From Felis catus (taxonomy: Eukaryota): a stretch of DNA of 64,000 bases. Shown piece after piece: positions 47,171 to 58,863 of the stretch. The stretch's first letter is position 1, and every line of letters begins with the position of its first letter. The notes beneath the pieces were generated by a model, which worked only from the letters and a program-made list of their open reading frames with translations, ran no database searches and was not told where the DNA came from. The stretch lies in assembly GCF_018350175.1 (NCBI RefSeq), contig NC_058374.1, forward strand, positions 115,010,001-115,074,000. Direction: 5' to 3'. Position numbers and translations under genes: made by a program.

Positions 47171-48727
47171 GCACTTGTTACTTTGAATTGTAGGGAACAT
47201 ACACGTTCCTGGTACTAGCCAGTTGTCGTAAAAACGTCTGTCATGTGACATCAACCAACCACTCAGCAAGAGGCAGCACGTGACTTACCCTTCCCTAAAG
47301 TTATGGGCCGCATTTGCCCTTTGCATTTGGCAGGCGTGGCTTAGAAAGTACAAGTGCCTTGAGCGAGCGGCCTGGTTTTTTACCGATTGAATAAGCTAAC
47401 ACTAACGCCCTGTGTGTTTCCCCAAAAAGTGGTTTAGAAACTACAAAAACTGTGACGTATCCTGGTCTTTTATGGGTTGATAGGCATAACACACAATAAA
47501 AATTCAAAATTTTATGGCTATTTACTTTTTGCCACCACCTCATGACCGTTGCAGATGTAGAGCCCAGACAGTATTCATTTGGCCGTCTCTAAAAAGAAAA
47601 AAAAATGCCCTGCTTGGTTACATTCTTTGGCATGTCACTGGCAAAGTGAGTGTCGTATGTCTTGTGTGCCCCAAGTGAATTATAAAACTCAGTTATAAAT
47701 TATAGTAAAACCCGCATATCCCTCGTCATGAAAATATTCGTATTTTCATGAAGCTCTTGAAAAACGGTTTTGGGCCTAGAAGGAAAACAGAACCATGCAC
47801 AGCCAAACAGCAAAGATGGCTAGGTGTGCCTTATGAAGAATTTACTTGTAGCCTAAAATTTAGAGAAGAGCTCTACTTTTAGGGGCTGGTCTAGATGTGG
47901 ACTTTTTCATTAGGATGTTTAGATTCTGTGCCTTATTTCTCACCCCCCCACCCCCCCACCCCCCCACACACTAAACGGTTAGTGTGGGGTATTTGACTTT
48001 TCTGGCAAAACTTCCACATGATCAATGTCCGGGGCTTTGGACTTTCTATAAGGTCTTTTGCATTTCTGTTCCCATTGGTTCAAACTCTCTGATGCCTCTT
48101 GATGTTGAGAGTTGGACGGGACTGCTGGGGTATGAACGAGCACACGGAATTGTGGAAAGTTCTTGGCGTTACTACTAGCAGGTGACTGACTATGAGAACA
48201 CCAGAGACTAGCCAAGATCTCTAGACTGTGCCGTGGAACGATTACCTTACATTTCAGTCTTCCCTATTCCAAGTAAGTTGATAAGCATCAGAGATAGTCC
48301 TTTTTTTAGTGGGGGCAGGTGTGTGTGTGTGTGGTGGTTCGCTGTGGGTTTTTTTTTTTTTAACATCATTTATTTAGTTCTTGCTCAGCTCTTTACATGC
48401 ATTATCTCATTTAATCTTGACACCAACCGTATGAGCAAAGTTCAGTGATTTGCAGGAGGTCCGACTTACAATTTGTGAGTGAGGAGGCATTCCAGGAATA
48501 TCCTAGCGCTTTTCATTCCTGGAGAGGAATTATGAAGAGCAAAGTGCTGCTGTTTCTACATTGATCCAGACAAACAAGTTACAACAGGCTATAAAAGGAA
48601 CCCTCAGCCTTTTCACTGCTGCCCCAACTGGAAAAGTACAGGTACCTTAATTAATGTCCTCTGTGGGATTTGAATCACCTTGGCCCAGTAGTTTTTTCCT
48701 GGTGTAGGGGTGAGGAAGGGGTTAACT

Positions 48728-48951
48728 TAAAAAAAAAATTTTTTTTAGTGTTTGTTTATTTTTGAGAGACACAGAGAGACAGAGCATGAGCAGGTGAGGG
48801 GCAGAGAAAGAGTAAGACACAAGACCCGAAGCAGGCTCGACGCTCTGAGCTGTCAGCACAGAGCCCCACTCAGGGCTCGAACCCACAGACCGTGAGGTCG
48901 TGACCTGAGCTGAAGTCGGACACTTAACCGACTGAGCCACCCAGGTGCCCC
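48728..48951 (-). mobile_element. CAN-SINE inserted at the tail of a second SINE
   Basis: Full body; head GAGCCACCCAGGTGCCCC. Confidence 0.92.
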
Positions 48952-49143
48952 TTAGATGTTTTTTCAGTTTTATTTATTTTGCGAGAGAGCGAGAGCAGGA
49001 AGGGGAGAGAATCCCAAGCAGACTCCGTGCTGTCAGCATGAAGCCCGATTTGGGGCTAGAACTCACGAACCAAACCTTGAGATCATGACCTGAGTGGAAA
49101 TCAAGAGTTGGATGCTTAATTGACTGAGCTACCCAGGTGCCCC
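48952..49143 (-). mobile_element. CAN-SINE
   Basis: Body GAATCCCAAGCAGACTCCGTGCTG...; the pair is flanked by GGGTTAACT direct repeats (about 48719 and 49146). Confidence 0.9.
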
Positions 49144-52100
49144 GAGGGTTAACTATTCTGCTTGGTTGTGGGCAAATGATGCCAGTTACCAATTATTGGT
49201 AGCTCCATTTTATAGATGGGCAAATGGAAAAGGCGAAGGTACACTTGACTAAGTTATCCTCAATGGAGCCAGGAAGAAAGCCGGTATTCTCTCCCTATGG
49301 AGGCACTTTGGGCCTTTAGTGAGGGTCTGTACTATTGTTTTTACTGTTGAAGAACAGAGTACACGAACTTCTAAATCTCCATGGACTTAAGATACTTGGA
49401 TGTGAGTTTCCACTCTGAGCAGATTTGAGGCAGAGGGGTTTTTATTCCATTGTAGTGGGCACTAGGGACTGCTTTTTAGGGACTTGGGTTTTAGTTTTTA
49501 GAGCTTTGAACGGTGGAGAAAAAGTTCAACTTAGGAGCTGAGAGTTCTTTTTTGGCATGTCAGTAAGAAAGTCTTGACTTCATAGTAATTATGTAATCCA
49601 AATAGGTAACAGAATGGGACAGTTGTTTGGAGTGTTTATTTTCTTGGGAAGGATTTTTTTTTTTCTGCTTTTAGAAAATTGTACCCTGGTAGGCGGGTAG
49701 GAGACAGAGACGTCATGAAGTAATCCAAGGGATGGAATGTCCTGAGACCAGGCCGTGCCCTTCTCGGTTGTCGGTTTTAGGCACAGGGTAGTGGGGGTTG
49801 AGTGGCTGTGGTTCCATGTAACAGCTGGGCTGAGGCCTGTCTTGCCTCTGTGGTCATGGTCTCAGTTCTGTGTTTTGGAGCAAAAAAGGGTTATCGTTCA
49901 TCCTAGACCTTTCATTTACTAAGAGGCCTGTAACGTCTCCCGATGGTTTATTTCCTAGAATTTTGAAACGTGAAATCACCGTTCAGATCGCAGAGTTTAG
50001 TTCCGGCATTTCACTGAAGAGAATTTTCAGACCCAGGGAGGTCAACAGATCTGAGCGTACCTGTGCGTGCGTGGGCACACACGCAGTTCAGCAAATCGAC
50101 GGTGGACTTGGTATTTGTGCCCGGATAGTCTGGCCTTGGGCTCAGTGTTCATAAAATCTGTACCTTTCCACCCCGCGTGTGCAAGCCCTACGGTGCTTTT
50201 AACATCACGTTCTTCTTCCTCTGAAAATTTGGAGAGCAGGCCTTTGGAATGCCATGCGGTGTAATAACCAGTTCTCGGCTCTTTCCACCCCACCCTGGGG
50301 AATCCACCCTTGCTGGTTTTCGTGACGTCTCAATCCACGTTAGAGTTGTGTGTTCACTTTAACTCCTCAACGCTTCTAATCTATTTGCTGTTTGAAGATC
50401 GAAAACCTGCCATCCATGTTGTTTTATGATCTCATTTCTGCCTCTGCCAGATGTGACTCACACACAGTCGTGGGTGCCCGGGTCACTGCCCACCCTCCTG
50501 TCCTCACCAGTGGAGCCCATTCTTTCTTTCTTTTGTCTGCTCACGGGCATAATGGCACAGTTAATTCCTGCCTTACTTTCTGCCCTCTGTGCCATAAATT
50601 TGCCCTTTTAGCTCATTTGACACAGCCCTGCCCAGCCTTATTTACTCCAGTGAAAGAGGGTAATTATATTCTCCTTGAGTTGGGTAATTTCCAATACCTG
50701 GAGATTAAATCTGTCTCCAGTCTCTCTCTGATTCTTTTCAGGTTGTGAAACAGGTAGCCAGCCCTAAATGCACACTTGTTACGTGCATGTGTTTATTATT
50801 TTCTTAATGTCAAATCCTGGAGGCTCCTTTACTGTTAAATTGCACTTCATTTGAACAGAGTGGGAGTGCCTTCCATCCCTCCCTTCTCGCCTCCTTGAGA
50901 ATGAGTCTGTGATAGTTGTGTTTCTTTCCTCCTGCGGAGGCATATTTTTTCTTGTATTCTCACTCACCTTCACATAGTTTTGATTTTTCTAATGTTTCCT
51001 CTGTGTGGCTTGAGTTCAGGGTGCTTAACTTTAGTACCGAAGTAAAGCAACAGCTGTTGCCACCGTAGCCTCTAAAAGCCCTGGAATCCCGAATGCCTAG
51101 ACAGTAAGTAAGCTGAAATCACGGAGCAGGGCTAGGGTGTTCCTTCAGGAGCTCGGGATCAGACGAAGTGTGGTTACAGAGAATGGGGTTCACATCAAGA
51201 GACATTTGCTGAGCCATAAAAAGAAAACCGCTTTTATAGACAAGCCTTACTCGGAACTGCACCCTCTACTTCCCCTGGAGGTCAGGAGCACATTTTGTGA
51301 CGTGTTATTCAGGGGGTGCCGCCTCCCTTACAAACACTGGGAGGGGGAAGGCAATGTGGCCAGTGCCTTCCTCTTCTGCCAAAGCATAAATACCACCCAG
51401 GGAACACCTTTCCTACAGCTGAGAGAGTGGGACTTCATCACAGAACTTCATAAAACTTTTCCATGTCGCCCCAGTTTCTAACCATGTTAAGATAAAGATG
51501 TATGTTTTGCTGAACAGTTTTCCCTTATTAGTTTGGTATGTTTTTTCCTGTTGAGATTTGGGTCCAGAAAGCTGCTGTGATCTGTAACTTTCAGAAAAAT
51601 ATTTTCCCTGCTATTTCTACCCAGAGGAGTCCCATTTTCATATCCCCTCTGCCATCTCGATGAACGCGACCTTTCTTAGGTTTCCAACATAGCTGCTTTC
51701 TCCCCATTTCTGTTTCCGGGTTGCGGCTGTCAAGTCGATATTTGGTCAGAAAGTGTGTTCGTATTTTGTGCATTTGATTAGGGTACCTGTCTTTGCTCAT
51801 CTGCAGGAATCTGGGGCAGAGAGAAGGGGGATAGTAGAAACCTATGAACATATCGTAGCTAATAGTTTTGACCTTCCACCCCATTCAATCTCCTTTGCTA
51901 GAACCACTGACAGAAAAATTAGTTGCCTCTCTGATCTATTTTCCTTGTCCATCAGGCAGTGAGGATGCTAATAAACAACAGAGTAACTAAAACGATGGCA
52001 GGAATGAGAAAACTAAGAGGGATGGAGAATCCGTGGCCGGCTGAGGGCTCCTGAGAGCCAGTTGTTAAACACAGCCGTGACTTCTTACCCACCGTCTAGT

Positions 52101-52179
52101 TGCTGGCTTCCAGCTGGGTCAGTTACCGCTGACCAATCAAGGTTCCCAAGGCAGATGATTCTCATTCTGATGTAGGGTC

Positions 52180-52530
52180 AGAAGATAGATAGTAGCCAGA
52201 CGAGATGTCACAATCCCTCTGTCACTCACTTTGCTTCATCCCCTCATGTAGGCATTTTATCATCTCCCATCATCACAAGAAGGGTGAGTACAGTAAGATA
52301 TTTTGAGAGAGACTACATTCACATAAACTTATTACAGTATATTGTTGTATTTGTTCTATGTTATTGCTTATCTCTTACTGTGCCTAATGTATAAACTTGA
52401 TCATAGGAATGTATGGATAAGCAAAACCTGGTATATATATGGGGTTTGGTATTACCCGTGTTTCAGGCATCCACTGGCCATCTTGGAATACATCCCCTGT
52501 GGATAAAGGCGGGTGGGGGCGAACCACTAT
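52180..52530. mobile_element. TcMar-Tigger DNA transposon fragment (MER44/Tigger7-like)
   Basis: CATCACAAGAAGGGTGAGTACAGTAAGATATTTTGAGAGAGA and terminal TTTCAGGCATCCACTGG..ATCTTGGAA..CATCCCCTGTGGATAA. Confidence 0.75.
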
Positions 52531-55396
52531 ACATAGGGGTTTTTTTGGGAGCTCAATAATTATGAGTAAATCATTGGTAGATGGAACTCAGCCACGGTGG
52601 GAATAGTTACACCACAGCAATTGGCAGACACAACAAATTAGGCTTTCCCTGCCCCCCCTCCCTGGATGATTGGTTTAACAACACCACTGATCCGGGTATT
52701 ATGTCCTCTATAACTGAGACCTCTTGACGGTAAGATCAGTTTATTTGTATCCTCCTTTGTGACAAGTCCAGTGTTTTAGAGCAGAGTAGGAATGAACAAA
52801 TTGAGGAATACATTAAAATCTGTATGCCAATCCTATATTGAACTACACTGCTTTCTGGTGGATGGGCCGGTCTCTTGATGATCTTTTCCTAGTGTCTGCA
52901 GATATCTTGTCAGAGTTTCCTAGTAGGGAGCAATAGGACATTCTCAAAGTCCTATGACTAATATTTAAAAATACCTCTTTTAGCTCTAACAGATCAGGGT
53001 GTCTTTTTTTGCTCCTAGCTTCATTCATTCATTTCATTACTTAATTTCCTTCCCTCCCTCCCTTCTCACTTGCTTTACTCCCTCTCCCCTTTATTCTGCC
53101 AACATTTAATGCATGTCTACTGTATTATTCATGAGGAATACAAAAGAGTAAAAAAAAAAAAAAACAAAAACCCAGAAAACAAAAAACCTGTTCTTGCATT
53201 ACTGAACTCTTATAGCCCAGGGGAAGAGATAACTTAGTCAACACTCTTGTACCTTCTATGCCTTGCCTTGTCATTCCATTTAATCCCTGCAACAAACTGG
53301 TAAGGTGTGGATTTCCCCATTTATTGAAAATGAAACTGAGGCTTGGAGAAAGAAAACAGCTTTCCAGTAACATGGTTTAAACCCAGGGTTTTGGTGGGGG
53401 GGGGGGGTGCTCTGAAGCTCAGTTCTGTGTCTTAGGATCCCATATCTTGAATTCTGTGAACAATGTATTGTAAAATGCTGTGATAAAGGCAATAATAGTT
53501 ACCTGTGGACAAGGTGCCATCAACTTGCCTTGAGGGGTTGGAGAAGGACCTCAGAGGAAGGTGCCTTGTGTCTGCTTATTAAAGGGCAGGAAGGAGTCTT
53601 TAGACTCCTCGGTGACAGAGGCGTTTCTTTGAGGGATTGGAGAGGAGGGTAGGGGTGAGTTGGGGGTAGATCTTGTAGATCTTAATAACTTGGGATTTAT
53701 CTGGAGGGCAAGTGGATAAAAGCTTTTTAAATGGGGGCGTAGCTAAACTAGGTTTGTGTTTTATATCATCCCTCTGGAGCCCCTTTGGAAAATGTCCTGG
53801 ACAAAGCGAGAGTGGAGAGTTAAGGAGACTAGGCAGGTGTGAGCTGCTAGGCGTGGGGAGAGGAGGAGGCAAGATTGGCAGAAGATGGAGAAGGGGGCAG
53901 CCATTGACCCCCTTCCTCCTCTGCAGGCTCACAGTTGCCCTGGAGTCTGGGGCTTTAGGTCCTGTAGGCACATGCTTCCCTTGGAAGGTGGGCTTCCACA
54001 CCGGCCAGGTGGGGTACGTACTTGGCAGATTCCATCCTCAGGAAAGGAGGAGGTGGTGATGCAGCAGCAGAAACTTGAACTACGACCGTATCCAGTGTGC
54101 ACGGGTGCAAGAACACCAGCTCGGAGTGGGGGTGGGGGTCCCCGTCCCACACACACCAGGTTTGGCTACTCGCTGCTGACAAAACCCAAAGGTAGAATGA
54201 GGAACTTATTTCGATGAGGTCAAGACAGCAGACTAGTGTCTCAAAGACTGACTCCAAAGTGCCGAAAATATTTCCAGGTTTGTGTAAGGAAACTAGGGGG
54301 AGAAGGTCGGTGAGTACAAGCAGGTGGGCAATAAAGGTCAGGCTGAGCCTCATCTTGGGGTCAGTCACGCGGGGTCTTGTTGACATCAGGGCAGTCCTCG
54401 CTGCCTGAGGGGGTAGTGGCCGTTCCCATCATGGGCTGCTTTGCCTGAGTCGAGAGATAGTCGGAAAGAATTTAATCAATTGCAAAGTATGGAACGAAGT
54501 CAAAATGCAGTCTCTTTCAGGACTGGGTAAACTTGGGGTCCACTTCTGGTTGTCTGACCTGGGGCCAAACGCTGAATCTCTCAGGGCCTCGGTTATCTCA
54601 TCTGTACAATGAGAAGCTTGGCGTCTTCATGCTTTTCGATCCCGTCTGATAAAGTGCCCCACGTGCACAGATGTGAGCGCTATCTCTCTCCCCCTGGGGT
54701 GGGAGCGGCCCTAGGAGAGGCAGGCTCCGCATTTTTGTGGCGTCTCAGCTTCCACTTAAATTATAGTGTAGATTGTTACCTCTATGCCATAATATATTTT
54801 CATTTATTCTGAAAAAATAGTAACTTCCTTTTAACTGTGGACTTTTTCACAGCTGGAGCCAATTGATTCCATTTTTATCCCGGTTAGAAGAATTTTGTGT
54901 TTTCACCTGACTGTGGATCTTTGAGGGCCTCCCTGTAATCAAGGAGTTTGAATGTGGGGTTGTAGATCTTGGTTGTGCTGGAGAAACAGGAATCCGACAT
55001 GTGTCCTCTATTATCACAATAACTCTGCATGAATTTTCATTATCAAGGACCTGGAGGGCTGGCTTTGCTCCCTGACCAGTGTCATAGATGTGCCTCTAGG
55101 AAATTGTGGGCAACAGATGTGTTTCCACAAGTCCTTTTTCCCACCTACGTAGATTATTCTCATTTCTGATTGCTTCTTCATGGACAAGGGAACCACTGAG
55201 CTTTGTTTTTCCTTTTCTTTGTCAAGCAATTCATTTAAAAAAAAAAAAAAGAAAAGAAGAAGAAGAAATGAAAAAAACCTGCAAAATACTATTGGAATTC
55301 TTGGATTCTTTGGTAAAATGAGAAGAATCTTGGAGCATGATGGATACTGCCCCAATTTATCCATCTTGCATCTTTGGATTTTCCTGCATGTGTTTT

Positions 55397-55625
55397 GTTT
55401 TGTTATTTTTTAATTTTTTTTTCAACGTTTATTTATTTTTGGGACAGAGAGAGACAGAGCATGAACGGGGGAGGGGCAGAGAGAGAGGGAGACACAGAAT
55501 CGGAAACAGGCTCCAGGCTCTGAGCCATCAGCCCAGAGCCTGACGCGGGGCTCGAACTCCCGGACCGCGAGATCATGACCTGGCTGAAGTCGGACGCTTA
55601 ACCGACTGCGCCACCCAGGCGCCCC
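55397..55625 (-). mobile_element. Young felid SINE (SINEC_Fc-type)
   Basis: Near-consensus body; perfect 14-bp TSD CCTGCATGTGTTTT at 55383-55396 and 55626-55639. Confidence 0.96.
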
Positions 55626-56409
55626 CCTGCATGTGTTTTAAAGTGGGGCGCACCTTTGATCTTGATAGCCTAGGAGGATGGGGGTGTGCAGCTGTCATAG
55701 GCAGAGGCACGTCACTGAGCTTAGTAATGGTTGAGAGCTCCCACAAGATCCAGCTCGAAACTACACTTCGTAGGCCATGGGATTTGTTATGTTCAGGACA
55801 TGACAATGAGGTGACCTTTCTATAACAAACCAACTCTTGGGCTTCCAGAAGACTCGAAAAAGCTAGAATATTTAGTAATGCCAAACACTGCTTTTGCCAC
55901 TTAACAAATATGACCTCATTCAGTGCTCCCAGCAAACCTTTGAAGTCGATTCTGGTTTTATCTCCTTTAGACAAAAGGAGATTTAGTGACTTAAGAGGGA
56001 GAGCTAAGATTTGAACTCAGGCCAGTATGACTCCCAAATCCATGCTTTTATTCACGCTTGCGTCATTTTTCTCAAGCTTACAAATGCTGTTAAGCTCTGA
56101 GGACTCCACCTAGCATGTACCTCGGTGATGAATGCAAGGCTGTGTACCTTCTAGTTGCACAGTTAATTGCAAGAAGGCTAGGACCCTGTCTTCCCAATTT
56201 GTAATTATGGTATTATTGGGTCTTTAATTTCCAAGTAAAACAAGATCTCCCCAAACCCTGAGCACCAGCTGGGGAAGATCGTTTCCATCTGATTGACACC
56301 TCTTCTCCCTTCTTCTGTTCTCCTTTAGATGTCTAACCAGGGCAGCCATAACCGGTTGTCTCTTCCCTGCTAGCCTTTCTCATTTCTCTGGAGGTAAAGT
56401 ATAAGAACA

Positions 56410-56830
56410 ATGTGTCAGTCATAATAAGCTAGGTTATGCTGCAAAACAAGTATCTCCATACTCTCAGTGACTTAAAACAACAACGGTTTATATCTTAACA
56501 GATTTCCCTGTCTATACGTGTCTGTCATGTGTCACAAGGGGGGCTCTTCTTTAAGTCATTTCAGAACCCAGGCATCCAAAGGAGTCACCTCTTAAAACGT
56601 GGCTGAGGTGCTGAGCCAGTGGGAAAGGAGAAACCCAAGGATCTCTCCTTGGCATTTAATTGTCTTGTCACTTCTACTCTCCACTCATTGGCCGGCACTC
56701 TGCAAAGGGGTGCCACTCAGACACAAGGAGGCCGGGTGGTCCAGCCCTCCCCTGTGTCCAGGATGGGGAGAAAACCAGAAATACTTAGCAGCAGTAACAA
56801 CCCCCCACTTACACCATGCCATATAAAGCT
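56410..56830. mobile_element. Old MLT1J/K-like LTR
   Basis: GTGTCAGTCATAATAAGCTAGGTTATGCTGC...ATCTCCATACTCTCAGTGACTTAAAACAACAA.GGTTTAT and CTCATTGGCC motifs. Confidence 0.6.
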
Positions 56831-57641
56831 TGCTTCTTTTTTTCTATTTTGGCTAATTCGACCTCAGGTAACCTTTATAGGACACACAGAACCTCTCGAA
56901 TTCCATTCCTCCTTCCCCTTTGTCTTCCAAAACGTTTTCAAGTACTGCAAAATAGCTCTTCTCTTTCCTTCCCTTGAGCCAAAAGGAAACGTCTTCAGTC
57001 TTGAAGTGAAATTATACATATTAAACAGCCAAGGCTTCTTCCCTCAAAAGCTTCTGAAATAACCAGAAGTTCCTTCAGATCTTCGTAAATATCTCTCCTG
57101 GCTTCCTCAGCCTGCTAAAATTAAACCTGTCTTTTCTCCAATGTCAATATTCAGGATAAATAATGTTCCCATTCGCTTCTTGCTGCTTTGTCCAATTGGC
57201 TATATTACAATAGTATTGAACAGTATTCTACTGGTTTTCAGTTAAACACGGAGACATTCAGGCACACTACAAATCAAATGGACTTGTGAGATACATTGGG
57301 CACCTTCTTACTAATTTCAATTTGCTTCTGAGGGAAACTGTGTTCTAAACTCCAGACGACCGGTTTGCAAACCTTGTTTCAGAATGCAACCTGTTTCTAG
57401 TTTGGATCTTTTTCTGTAGCACATGTATGTATAATAAGAATACTAGAATAAATGGTGTGTTTGGATAATTATGCTCTGCTGTATTCATGAGTTAATATCT
57501 TTGAAAAAATTAGAATCTGTACATGTACTTAATTTAAAACTTTATGAGCACAATTTTTCCTTCATTCTCTCTCTCTCTCTAGCTCTCTCTCTCTCTTTTT
57601 TTCCCCTACATTAATCCAGATCAGAAACTGTAGCATTATCT

Positions 57642-57897
57642 GGGCACCTGGGTGGCTTAGTCAGTTAAGCAAGACTCTTGATTTCTGCTCAAGTCATGAC
57701 CTCACAGTTTGTGGGTTTGAGCATCCTCCCTCCAGACCCTCCCCGTCACCCCTCCACCACCACCACCCCCCTCCGCCCCCATTGAGCCCAGCTTCAACCC
57801 TCATCAGGTTCCATGCTGATAGTGCAGAACCCTCTTGGGAATCCCTCTTTTTCTCTCTGCCCCTTCCCCATTCTTGCTCTCTCTCTGTCTCTCTCTC

Positions 57898-57931
<34 letters not shown>

Positions 57932-57948
57932 AAACATAAATAAACAAC
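57642..57948 (+). mobile_element. CAN-SINE carrying an internal C-rich insertion
   Basis: TSD CTGTAGC(A/T)TTATCT at 57628-57641 and 57949-57962; about 60 nt of C-rich sequence between TTGAGC direct repeats (57717-57722, 57782-57787). Confidence 0.9.
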
Positions 57949-58680
57949 CTGTAGCTTTATCTTTGACTTCTCCCTCTTTATATTTATCTCTTTCATTTAT
58001 TTAGTCCTTCATTCACTCAATCCTTCATCAGAGATTTACTGAGCAGTCTCTTTGTGCTAGGCATGAGGCAAGGTCCAGCACAAAGTTAAAAAACAGTTTC
58101 CGCCTCAAGGGGATTGCCGGTGGTGGAAAGACAACACACATGGCGGCAACCATAGCACAGTAAAATAATCCCTGTGATGAGGTTTGTGCAATGAGCAATG
58201 GAGACGGAAAAGACACGCCTGGGTCTGCCTGAAGACATCAGGGAAGGCATCCGGGAGGAGGCAGCTTTTGACCTGGCACTGAAAGAATGGGTTGGCCTGA
58301 GCTACAGGCAGGGCGCCGAGGTTGCAAGAGTTGGGGGATAAGCCCCAGATGGTGAGCAGAGAACCGAGCACCGAGGGTTTTGCTTGCCTTTCAAAAAAGT
58401 TTGCATTTGCCCCAGGAAGTAAGGGAGCTGTGGAAGACTTTTGCGCTGAAGAACGATAACATCAGATTTACCGGCAATGTGGATGCTGGTCAGGAGGAGC
58501 AGATCTCTAGATCAGGACTTCTTAATCCAAGATTAAGATGCAAGAAATCCCTGGACAGAATGCTTGGGATCTGCGAACTCAGATGTGAAAAATTGTTTTT
58601 GTCATTAACCTCTATGTGAAATCAAGCATTTCCTTCAAATATAAATGTAGGCGACGAATCACAATAGAATTAGCAGAAGA

Positions 58681-58863
58681 GGGGCGCCTGGGTGGCTCAG
58701 TCGTTTAAGCATCCAGCTCTTGACTTCAGCTCAGGTCATGATCTCAGGATTCCTGAGTCTGAGCCCCACATTGGGCTCCGTGCTGACAGTGTGGAGCCTG
58801 CTTGGGATTCTCTGCCCCTCCCCCACCCTTTCTCTCAAAATAAATAAATAAACTTAAAAAAAA
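58681..58863 (+). mobile_element. CAN-SINE
   Basis: GGGGCGCCTGGGTGGCTCAG...GAGCCTGCTTGGGATTCTCTG...AAATAAATAAATAAACTTAAAAA. Confidence 0.92.
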
